A DNA stretch of 64,000 nucleotides, taken from contig CAVVPN010000011.1 of assembly GCA_963750165.1 (NCBI GenBank), positions 1,536,001-1,600,000 of the forward strand, in the 5' to 3' direction. The first letter of the stretch is position 1, and each line of letters begins with the position of its first letter. Origin of the DNA: an uncultured Gemmataceae bacterium. GTDB taxonomy: Bacteria; Planctomycetota; Planctomycetia; Gemmatales; Gemmataceae. The translations under genes were made by a program, and so were the position numbers. Shown here piece by piece: positions 40,021 to 48,661 of the stretch. The notes under the pieces are model-generated. The model was not told where the DNA came from, made no database searches, and saw only the letters and a list, made by a program, of their open reading frames with translations.

Positions 40021-40335
40021 CTACCCCGCCAGTGCGCCGGCGACCTCGCCGAACGCCAGGACGCGGCGGGTGCGCTCCGCCGGGATGTCCCGGACGGAGT
40101 ACCACAGCCCCTTGCGGGACCGCCGCAGCCAGCGCCGCGGCACCGAGACTTCCAGCACGACGACCGCCTCGACGCGGCCGCCGTGACGTTTGACGGTGTG
40201 CAGGGCAGCCCAGCTGGTCTTGTTGGGCGTGTGCATCCAGACCACTTTGAGCCGGCCCTTGCTTTTGGAGCAGAGCAAGCCGCCTTTCAGGATGCTGGGC
40301 AAGTTGCGAACCACCGTCGCATGACGTAACCGCAT
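40021..40335 (-). CDS. small ADP-ribosyltransferase-fold-like protein
   Basis: LRHAT...NLPSILKGGL...VWM...VVLEV...IP pattern typical of DarT/KptA/DUF952-like ART folds. Confidence 0.55.
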   Translation of the reverse strand: MRLRHATVVRNLPSILKGGLLCSKSKGRLKVVWMHTPNKTSWAALHTVKRHGGRVEAVVVLEVSVPRRWLRRSRKGLWYSVRDIPAERTRRVLAFGEVAGALAG

Positions 40336-40395
40336 GGGGACCACCTTTCGCGCTGGGTGGCAGGGGGTGGGCGTTCCCCTGCCGTGGTCCCGTGG

Positions 40396-40731
40396 TTACA
40401 CCTGGCCGGCCTTGACCAGCGCCGCCAAGCCGTCCGAGTGACGGCAATGGTGCCACCGGCTGAAGCCCTTGCACTCACACGTCCGGTTGTCGCCGTCGAT
40501 GTTGACGTGGTAAGCGCTCCCTTCGGCGTCGTCGCCCATCTTCTCGACCTTGAAGCCGCGGCCGAAATCGGCCGGAATCTCGGTCAGGAAGTAGTCGGCC
40601 CGGTCCTTGCCGACGGTGATCTGCACCACGCCGGGGTTGCCCCCGAACGGCTGCAGCGCCAGGCGGATTGACCGCGCGGGCTTGGGACGTGGTTTGCGTT
40701 GACGGGCGGCCGCGGTTGCGGTAGCGTTCAT
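40396..40731 (-). CDS. SWIM zinc-finger protein
   Basis: YHVNI...TCECKGF...HCRH; AAAGGA RBS. Confidence 0.8.
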   Translation of the reverse strand: MNATATAAARQRKPRPKPARSIRLALQPFGGNPGVVQITVGKDRADYFLTEIPADFGRGFKVEKMGDDAEGSAYHVNIDGDNRTCECKGFSRWHHCRHSDGLAALVKAGQV

Positions 40732-40938
40732 CTGCGTTCCTTTCGATGGAAGGAAAGCCGCGGGCCGGGGGTGTTGACGCACCCGCCGGCCCAACTTTGT
40801 TTCGGACCCGTTTGCCTCTTCTCTGGTTGGCGCGGCGGGAGCCAGTCCCCCGCGCCCGTGTCCCGCCCTCCCTCCCGGTTGCCCGGTTCCGAGCGGCCGC
40901 TTGTCAAAGAGCACATGCCGTCATAGACGGCAATTTCA

Positions 40939-41037
40939 TTGTAGCCCTTAAGGGCTACAAAACAAGCCCAGCTGGGTTATTTTTCTATTTGAAATACAAT
41001 GGCCGGACATTGTCTTTGTGGTACAGTTGGGCTACAA
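40939..41037. promoter_or_regulatory. divergent promoter region with operator palindromes
   Basis: Perfect 22-bp palindrome TTGTAGCCCTTAAGGGCTACAA (40939-40960) and a degenerate copy at 41016-41037 in an AT-rich spacer. Confidence 0.7.
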
Positions 41038-41070
41038 TAACATTGGCCGGCGCATGTGGAGGATAAGACG

Positions 41071-41388
41071 ATGACAACGGGAATGTTCGCGGAGAAGTTG
41101 AAGCGGCTGCGGGAATCGGCCGGGCTGTCACAACAGCAGCTGGCCGACCGGGCAGGCATGAACCGTTTCGGCGTGGCGAAGCTCGAACAGGGGGTGCGCG
41201 AACCCAGTTGGGCCACGGTGCAAGTGCTGGCGAAGGCACTCGGCGTTGACTGCCTGGCGTTCGCCGACGCCCCTGGGGAGAGCGTTGTTGCGGTTCCCGA
41301 GCCAAAGCGGGGCCGACCGCGCAAGGACCAATCGCCAGCGAAAGCGCCCGCCGCGAAGAAGCCTCGAAGCCGGGGCAAAGCGAAGTGA
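41071..41388 (+). CDS. XRE-family HTH repressor
   Basis: LKRLRESAGLSQQQLADRAGM...LEQGVREPS...LAKALGV. Confidence 0.92.
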   Translation: MTTGMFAEKLKRLRESAGLSQQQLADRAGMNRFGVAKLEQGVREPSWATVQVLAKALGVDCLAFADAPGESVVAVPEPKRGRPRKDQSPAKAPAAKKPRSRGKAK

Positions 41389-41470
41389 CCAAAGCACGGC
41401 AACCGGCGGGGTGCCGCGGCGCCGCCGGCCGTCATCATGATTTCCGTGGCAGGTGTGGAGGGTATCTCCC

Positions 41471-42613
41471 ATGAAAGCCTGGACCTATCAGGACGACAAG
41501 CAGGTGAAGAAGCACGGCGCGGAGAAGGCCAGCTGGTACGTCGGCTGGCTCGACCCCGAGGGCAAGCGCCGCTGCAAGAGCTGCGGGCCCGGCCCCAAGG
41601 GCAAGCGCGACGCCGAAAAGGAGGCCGACAAGATCCACAGCCAGCTGGTCACCAACACGTACCGCGAGCAGGGCAAGAAGACCTGGGAGGAGTTCCGCAA
41701 GGAGTACGAAGAAAAAGTGCTGGCCGGCCTGGCGCCCCGCACGCGCGGGAGCGTGAAGTCCTCGCTCGACGCCTTCGAGAGACACGTCAACCCGGGACGG
41801 GTGTTCTACGTCACCACGGCGACGGTCGATGAGTTCATCAGCAAGCGGCGGAAGGACCCGGGGCTGAAGAAGGGCGACGCCATCAGCCCGCACAGCGTCA
41901 ACCACGACCTGCGCCACCTCAAGGCGGTCCTGGCCGTGGCGGTCGAGTGGGGCTACCTGGCGCACATGCCGAAGTGCCGGATGGAGAAGGCCCCCAAGAA
42001 GCTGCCCACCTACGTCACCGGCGAGCACTTCGCCGCGATCTACGCCGCCGCAGACGCCGCCCGGTTTCCCGCCGGCCTGACGTGCTCCGCAGGCGACTGG
42101 TGGCGGGCGCTTGTGACGTTCGGTTACATGACCGGCTGGCGCATAAGCGACATGATGGGGCTGCGACGTGACGACGTGGACCTGCAGGCGGGCACGGCCA
42201 TCACTCGCGCCGAGGCCAACAAAGGCAAGCGCGACGAGTTGGTGAAACTGCATCCCGTCGTGGTCGAGCACCTGAAGCGGTTGGCCGGGTTCACCCCGAC
42301 CGTGTTCACCTGGCCGCACGACCAGCGGACGCTGCACACCATCTTCGCCGAGGTGCAGGAGGCGGCGAAGATCAAGTTGCCCTGCGCCGGCCGCCACGAG
42401 CACACGCGGTTCTGCCACGTCTACGGGTTCCACGACCTCCGGCGGGCCTTCGCCACCATGAACGCGGACAAGTTGACGCCGGATGCGCTGCAGGCGCTCA
42501 TGCGGCACAAGTCCTACCAGACGACGCAGGTGTACATCAACCTGGCCCGCCAGATGGACGAGGCCGTGGCGAGCCTGCACGTTCCAGAGGTGTTGCGGAA
42601 GGCGGGCGGGTGA
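41471..42613 (+). CDS. tyrosine recombinase/integrase (element 2)
   Basis: TGWRISD, NKGK, FHDLRR, MRH and TTQVY motifs; adjacent to the tRNA. Confidence 0.95.
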   Translation: MKAWTYQDDKQVKKHGAEKASWYVGWLDPEGKRRCKSCGPGPKGKRDAEKEADKIHSQLVTNTYREQGKKTWEEFRKEYEEKVLAGLAPRTRGSVKSSLDAFERHVNPGRVFYVTTATVDEFISKRRKDPGLKKGDAISPHSVNHDLRHLKAVLAVAVEWGYLAHMPKCRMEKAPKKLPTYVTGEHFAAIYAAADAARFPAGLTCSAGDWWRALVTFGYMTGWRISDMMGLRRDDVDLQAGTAITRAEANKGKRDELVKLHPVVVEHLKRLAGFTPTVFTWPHDQRTLHTIFAEVQEAAKIKLPCAGRHEHTRFCHVYGFHDLRRAFATMNADKLTPDALQALMRHKSYQTTQVYINLARQMDEAVASLHVPEVLRKAGG

Positions 42614-42691
42614 ATGGGCTATTGAGGGACTATTGAGGGACGGCCAGAACTGGCCGTCAGTCGATTTGCCGTAAGTCCTTACGTTGCTTAG

Positions 42692-42764
<73 letters not shown>

Positions 42765-43288
42765 AAGTATTTGATCCTATTCGGTTTGCATCACTTCACC
42801 TCGTCTGGCCTACTCACCTTTACCCCTGTTACTCCAGGAAAAGTGGCCAACCGTTCACAGCGGTTGGCCGCGAACACAAGAACACAGATTAGGAGTCTAT
42901 AACCACACCAAGGTTCATTCTACCCCATCCACCTTCCCTGGCAAGTCTACCAAACCGAGCAAGCTCAATCCCGAATTCCCCCCTGTTCCCCCACGCCGGG
43001 TGGTGTCTCCGTTGCGCTGCCAAGTCCGTAAGTCCTTGTATGTAGTTCAAGGGGTGCCGAACAGGCCGATTTTCGGCACCGAGCGTCAACCATCAGCTAC
43101 AGTTGAAGTTACGCTACGCTGGCAATAATCCTGACACACCACCGTTAGAGTCGTCATGCCGCGTTGCGGCACCCAGAGATCATGAAAATGGGGGGGAGTG
43201 GGCCTATGCTAACGAACCGCCACCGGCCCTGGGGGAGGTCGTCTTTGAATCGCTTGGTGCCTTGAGCTCGCGTTAGCGTCGGACCCGC

Positions 43289-43663
43289 ACCAAGGACTGC
43301 CAGTGGCTCGCCCACCTGCTGGCGGGTGGCCTGCTCAAGGCCCGCTTCGTGCCGCCGCCGGTTCGGGAGTTGCGTGACCGGACGCGGCAGCGGGCGAAAG
43401 GGACGTATCTGCAGGCACAGTACCGGCGGCGGGCGCGGCGGCGCGGCGCCAGAAGGCGCTGGTGGCGGTGGGGCACACGTTGTTGGTGATCATTTATCAC
43501 CGGCTCAAGCGCGGCACGACCTATGAGGAAGTGGGCGCGGACTTCCTCGACCGGCTGGAGCCGGAGCGCCTGAGCCGCCAACTGGTCAACCGCCGGGAGA
43601 AGTTGGGACATCGGGTCACCCTCGAACCGGCCCCTGCCGCCTGAGGGGGGATTTTCAGGGCAG
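43289..43663 (+). pseudogene. IS110-family transposase remnant
   Basis: KDCQWLAHLLAGGLLKARFVPP..VRELRDRTR joined directly to GTYLQAQYRR...VAVGHTLLVIIYH...KLGHRVTL; centre deleted. Confidence 0.75.
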
Positions 43664-43890
43664 CATGGCAGGGTCTTGAAACCATTTCTAAGCGACGTGT
43701 TCTCGTTGGTACTGTAGTCGTCATTGATGGCGGTCGGGGTGGTCAGGGTCTGGATGGCAAACACGTCAGAGACTCAAAGGCGGTGCCAGATCCATGTCTG
43801 CACGGCGATCACCGCGCACTGCGCCTTGTGGAAAAAGTCGAATCGCGCGGGATGCCGGGCTGGCTTCCAGATGCCGCCGTACCAGTCGCC

Positions 43891-44367
43891 CTACCGGCGT
43901 GAACCATCGGACAACCCTTCACGGCCCTGAACTGGCAACGTCATTTCCAGCGGCGCCACCTGCGGCCCCGGCGGCGCCGGACACGACACGACGACACGGG
44001 CCTGCGTGGCTGCCGCCGGCACCTCCACCCCCGCACCGGGGGCCGAATACTTGCCGCCTCAGCAGCGGTGGCTGAGCGTCACCGTCACCGGCGGACTCAG
44101 CGGCACCTCGCCCTGGTAAAACGTGATCGTCGCCACGGGATCGTCGGCGCCCAGGAAATCGAGTTGCCGCACGCCGCCGCTCGCCAGCCGGGCCACCAGA
44201 CGCACCTCCAGATCGCCAGTCCGGCCAGCGACCCACTGTGGCCGACTGACCAGCACCGGCGCCACCGTATCCGCCTCGGTCAGCGGCGCCGGCCGCAGCA
44301 GGAACCCCACCAGTATGAACAGCGCCAGCAGCCCCGCCGGCACCAGATAGCCCGCCCAGTTCTTCAT
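43891..44367 (-). CDS. membrane-anchored protein, candidate selenoprotein (in-frame TGA at 44059-44061)
   Basis: N-terminal hydrophobic anchor; ...LSHRC-TGA-GGKYSA... stays open for 55 more codons; hairpin at 44027-44043. Confidence 0.6.
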
Positions 44368-44471
44368 GTGTTCGGCCCAACCGGTTCCGTTGACGAAGCC
44401 CATCGACCCGCTTATTGTAGCCTCCGCCGTGGATGCGACACAAGTTCCCGAACGCTGCAAAGGGGAAAGCG

Positions 44472-44981
44472 ATGGGCGAACTGGGCGAATCGCTGGTGCA
44501 ACTCGTGGTGGTGCTGGGTACGCTGCTCCGCGAGTTGTTCGTCCTGGCGGCGCGAAACGCCCTGGTGCTGGCCTGGCTGGCGTGGTGGCTCGGCGCCGCC
44601 AACTGGAAGAAGATCTGGCCGGTGCTCGGCATCGGCGCCTGGACGGTGCTGCTGCTGCTCTGGGGCATGACCGCCCTGGTCTGGTCGCGCATCGACCCGA
44701 AGCCGTGTGACTGTCTGACCTACGTCGTCGTGCCGAATTTCTGGTGGCAACTGGGGGCGGTCGGCCTGCTGATCGCCTCGGCGTTCGTGTGCGGCTGGCT
44801 CCAGGAACTGTTCCGCTGGACGCCGCCGGAAATCCAGCTGGAGCCGCCGGCCGCTGACCATGCGCATGAGATCGGCCACGGTCACGGCCCGCTGTCGGTG
44901 CAGGGCCCCGACCCCGGCCACGAACCGCCCAGTCCCGATGATCCACACCCGCACGGCACCGCGCACCACCATCCCCATTGA
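44472..44981 (+). CDS. membrane protein with His-rich C-terminal tail
   Basis: Several hydrophobic segments; DHAHEIGHGH...HPHGTAHHHPH. Confidence 0.8.
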   Translation: MGELGESLVQLVVVLGTLLRELFVLAARNALVLAWLAWWLGAANWKKIWPVLGIGAWTVLLLLWGMTALVWSRIDPKPCDCLTYVVVPNFWWQLGAVGLLIASAFVCGWLQELFRWTPPEIQLEPPAADHAHEIGHGHGPLSVQGPDPGHEPPSPDDPHPHGTAHHHPH

Positions 44982-45062
44982 GCCTTCGGACAGTACAGAG
45001 CCCTGTTCACGGTTCGCGCGGCCCGCGCGAACCGTGAACAGGGCTCTGTACTGTCCGAAGGC
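44982..45062. repeat. perfect 40-bp inverted repeat between convergent genes
   Basis: 44982-45021 is the exact reverse complement of 45023-45062. Confidence 0.9.
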
Positions 45063-45073
45063 CAGAAGTCCAG

Positions 45074-45382
45074 TCAATTCTCACTGAAATCGAATTTCTG
45101 GAGCGATTCCTTGGCCAGCGGATTGCGCATGAATTTCTTGTGGCAGTCGGAGCACAGATCAAAGCTGAAGTGCTTGTAGGGTTCGACCAGTTCGGGGCCA
45201 TCGTCGCCGTCCTCGAGGTCGCGCAGCATCTGACCGATGGCCTCAATGGCGTCCTCGTCGAGGTCCGCCTCGGTGAGCTGATGCGGATCGTGGGCGGCGT
45301 ACGCCTCAATTTTGACGACGTACCGCTGATCCTCCTTGGGTCGAAGCGCCTTGCCGCAGTGGTCGCACGTCACGTGGATCAT
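45074..45382 (-). CDS. small zinc-binding protein
   Basis: CDHC...DLCSDC with an acidic middle. Confidence 0.8.
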   Translation of the reverse strand: MIHVTCDHCGKALRPKEDQRYVVKIEAYAAHDPHQLTEADLDEDAIEAIGQMLRDLEDGDDGPELVEPYKHFSFDLCSDCHKKFMRNPLAKESLQKFDFSEN

Positions 45383-45590
45383 GGGACGAGTCACCTTTCA
45401 TTTCCGACCGAGACGGGGCGAGGGCGGACGCTGCTCGGCTGCGTCATGCCTTCCTGAAACCGGGCGAGTCGCCGGCTTGCGAGCAGGAAAGGCCCTCTAT
45501 TCTAGAGGTCGCAGTTTTTCGCTCGGCTGTCAAGCTGAATTCAAAAAAACACCCTTGCTTTTCGCGGTTTCTTCAGGCGACCCGGAGCCC

Positions 45591-45959
45591 TCAATTTACC
45601 GCGTCGCGGTGAACCGTGTCCGGCGAAAACGCCGGCAGGCACACGGCGAGATACTCCGCGCCTTCCGGCTCAGGCGTGCTGTACTGCACCCATTCGCCGC
45701 GGTGCGCCACCACCGCCTGGCCGGCGCGCACGTCGAGCACGCCGCCGCGGTGCGTCACGCGCAGCAGCCCGCGCAGCACGACGGTGAACTCGTCAAAGTC
45801 GGGCGTCTGGCCCGGTTCGATCCAGCCACCGGGGCTGCGCATGTGCGCGACGCTGACGGCCTCGGTGCGCGAGTTGACGCGGCCGACGTACTCGTCGATG
45901 AGCTTGGGTTTGTTGCCGGCGGCCTCGATGCGCGTCGGTTTGGCGATCAGGGTTGGCAT
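45591..45959 (-). CDS. cupin domain protein
   Basis: EPGQTPDFDEFTVVLRG...GEWVQYSTP. Confidence 0.88.
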   Translation of the reverse strand: MPTLIAKPTRIEAAGNKPKLIDEYVGRVNSRTEAVSVAHMRSPGGWIEPGQTPDFDEFTVVLRGLLRVTHRGGVLDVRAGQAVVAHRGEWVQYSTPEPEGAEYLAVCLPAFSPDTVHRDAVN

Positions 45960-46102
45960 GGCGTGGCCTCACGAAACGTAGTTGGGGCGACCGCAGGGTT
46001 ACGATATGGCTGCGGCAGCCGCTTGACGAACCGCCGCGGCGCTGGGATAACTACACTTCACAGGGATTTCAGGAAAAACCCACAGGCGTAGGGAGGCCCC
46101 CA

Positions 46103-46564
46103 ATGAAGACGCTGTTCGGAGTTGTGGCGGTGGCGAAGGTGGTCTGGGCGAGCCTGACGTTCGCCGGGGTGGCCGCGGTCGGCCTGGTCGTGGTCACCGG
46201 CGACGCCAACAAGGGGGGCAAAAAGGTGGACACGCGCGTGTTCGAGCTGCGCACCTATTACGCCAACCCCGGTAAGATGGAGGCCCTGCACGCCCGCTTC
46301 CGCAACCACACCAACGCCCTGTTCAAGAAGCACGGCATGACCATCATCGGCTTCTGGAGCCCGCGCGACCCCAAGGAGGCCGAGCGCAAACTGGTCTACA
46401 TCCTCGCCTACCCCAGCAAGGACGCTGCCGACAAGAGCTGGAAAGCGTTCCGCGACGACCCGGCCTGGAAGAAGGCCAAGGACGACTCGGAGGTCAACGG
46501 TGTGCTCGTGGAGAAAGTGGACTCGCTGTACCTGAACCCGACCGATTACTCGCCGATCAAGTAA
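46103..46564 (+). CDS. NIPSNAP family protein
   Basis: FELRTYYANPGK...LNPTDYSP. Confidence 0.92.
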   Translation: MKTLFGVVAVAKVVWASLTFAGVAAVGLVVVTGDANKGGKKVDTRVFELRTYYANPGKMEALHARFRNHTNALFKKHGMTIIGFWSPRDPKEAERKLVYILAYPSKDAADKSWKAFRDDPAWKKAKDDSEVNGVLVEKVDSLYLNPTDYSPIK

Positions 46565-46699
46565 CGGCGCAACGCTACTGGTCCGCCGCTGGCGGCTTAG
46601 CGCTCTGCGACCCTTCTCACGTGAGATGGGTTACGGTGCGCTGAGCCGCCAGCGCCGGAACAGAAAACACCCTGCCCCAACCCCGCCGAGGAACCCACC

Positions 46700-47977
46700 A
46701 TGACGAAGAAGGCCGCCCGACTGCTGCCGCTGGGCGTGCTCGCCGCCTGGCTCCTGCTCGCCCCGTCGGCGTCGCACGCCGACAACTGGCCGCGCTTCCG
46801 CGGCCCCAACGGCACTGGCGTCGCCAACGACCGCGACGTGCCGGTGCAGTTCGACGACAAGACCAACATGCTCTGGAAGGTATCGCTGCCGGGCACCGGC
46901 CACTCGTCTCCGGTCGTCTGGGGCGACCGCCTGTTCCTGCAAACAGCGCTGGGCAACGCCAAGGCGCGGCAACTGCTGTGCCTGGACGCGGTCACCGGCA
47001 AGCGGCTCTGGGCCAGGGATCTGCCGGGCGTCGCCACCCGGACCAAGATCCACAAGCTCAGCTCCTACGCCTCCTCGACGCCGGCGGTGGACGGGCAGTG
47101 CGTCTACCTGGCGTTCTGGGACGGCATCGACATCCACCTGCGGGCCTTCGACCTAAACGGCAACCAGCTCTGGACGCGCAACCTGGGCTACTTCAAGAGC
47201 CAGCACGGCCCGGGAGCCTCGCCGGTCGTCTATCTGGGCAAGGTGTATTTCGCCAACGACCAGGACGACAGCTCGACGCTGTACTGCCTGGACTGCAAGT
47301 CGGGCAAGACGGTCTGGCAGAAGGATCGGCCTGCTTACCGCGCCTGTTACTCGGCGCCGTTCCTGCTGGAGAAGCCGGGCCGCCCGGCGGAACTGGTCGT
47401 GGTCAGTACCCTGGCGGTGACCGGCTATGAGCCGCACCAGGGTACGGAATTGTGGAACTGGGTCTGGAAGCACAAGTCCAAGATGCCGCTGCGCACGACG
47501 GCGTCGCCGGCTTACGCCAACGGCATGCTGCTCTGCTGCAGCGGCGATGGCGGCGGCGACCGCTACATGATCGGGGTCAAGCTCGGCGACAACGGCGCCA
47601 GCACGGAGCCGAAGCTGGCCTGGGGCAACGACAAAAAGGAATGCCCCTACGTGCCGACGCCGCTGGTGCGCGGTGACCACTTTTACTTCGTCAACGACAA
47701 GGGCTTCGCCGGCTGCTACGAGTTGAAGACCGGCAAGAAAGTCTGGATGCAGCGGCTGCCGAACGTGCGTGACGTGTTCGCCTCACCGGTGCTGATCGAC
47801 GGCAAAATCTACGCGATCAGCGACGCCGGCGACGTGTTCGTGATCGCCGCCGAGCCGACGTACCGGCTGCTGGCGACGAACTCCATGAACGAGACGGTGC
47901 GGGCGACGCCGGCCGTGGCGAACAACCGGCTGTACATCCGCGGCCAGAATCACCTGTTCTGCATTGCGAAAAAATGA
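46700..47977 (+). CDS. PQQ-binding-like beta-propeller protein (BamB-like)
   Basis: Signal peptide, NWPRFRGP, repeated SSPVV / TGK..W blades. Confidence 0.92.
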   Translation: MTKKAARLLPLGVLAAWLLLAPSASHADNWPRFRGPNGTGVANDRDVPVQFDDKTNMLWKVSLPGTGHSSPVVWGDRLFLQTALGNAKARQLLCLDAVTGKRLWARDLPGVATRTKIHKLSSYASSTPAVDGQCVYLAFWDGIDIHLRAFDLNGNQLWTRNLGYFKSQHGPGASPVVYLGKVYFANDQDDSSTLYCLDCKSGKTVWQKDRPAYRACYSAPFLLEKPGRPAELVVVSTLAVTGYEPHQGTELWNWVWKHKSKMPLRTTASPAYANGMLLCCSGDGGGDRYMIGVKLGDNGASTEPKLAWGNDKKECPYVPTPLVRGDHFYFVNDKGFAGCYELKTGKKVWMQRLPNVRDVFASPVLIDGKIYAISDAGDVFVIAAEPTYRLLATNSMNETVRATPAVANNRLYIRGQNHLFCIAKK

Positions 47978-48480
47978 GCGACACTATTCCCATCCTGGAA
48001 GCAGTCCCCGCCCTGGTGGGCATCTACCTCGTCGCGGACAAGGGCGAACGGCTGCGGGGCGTCGCGGAAATTGAGGCGGTCGCCGGTCAGGGCCTGGCCG
48101 GCGACCGCTATTTCTTGAAGCGCGGCGCGTTCTCCGCGAAGGAAGGCGCCGACCGCGAGCTGACGTTGATCGAGAGCGAGGCGCTGGAGGCGCTGGAGCG
48201 CGAGTATCAGATCACGCTGTCGCCGGAGGAGTCGCGGCGCAACCTGCTGACGCGCGGCGTGCGGCTGAACGATCTGGTCGGCAAGGAATTTTGCATCGGC
48301 GGCGTGCGGCTGCGCGGCCTGCGGCTGTGCGAGCCGTGCGGCCGGCTGGAGCGGCTGACCGGCAAGACGCTCATCAAGGGGCTGAGCCGGCGCGGCGGCC
48401 TGCGAGCGCAGATTCTGCACGGTGGAGTGCTGCGCGTCGGCGACCCGTTCACGCAGACCGAGAAGGGCGGGGAGCGCTAA
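47974..48480 (+). CDS. MOSC domain protein
   Basis: GLAGDRY, RRNLLTRG, LCEPC, GGLRA. Confidence 0.9.
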   Translation: MSDTIPILEAVPALVGIYLVADKGERLRGVAEIEAVAGQGLAGDRYFLKRGAFSAKEGADRELTLIESEALEALEREYQITLSPEESRRNLLTRGVRLNDLVGKEFCIGGVRLRGLRLCEPCGRLERLTGKTLIKGLSRRGGLRAQILHGGVLRVGDPFTQTEKGGER

Positions 48481-48652
48481 GCCGCAAGCGGCAGAAAGCG
48501 GGGTTGGATCACTCCACCTTTGCTTTCTGCCGCTTGCGGTTTCTACCAAATCGCCATAAATGTTCGTGGGTGGTCGGAGCCCGAGCGCCAGCGAAGGACA
48601 CGCTGGCCCCTCGCTGGCGCTCGGGCTCCGACCATGGCGCTCGGGCTCCGAC
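48475..48652. repeat. cluster of two REP-like palindrome families
   Basis: IR 48482-48499/48522-48539 (CCGCAAGCGGC type, also at 46585 and 51394) and IR 48571-48594/48611-48634 with an extra partial copy. Confidence 0.75.
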
Positions 48653-48661
48653 GAAGCAATC

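Noticed and set aside
16095..42613. Complete prophage or ICE
   Set aside because: No capsid, portal, large terminase, tail, relaxase or T4SS genes recognisable.
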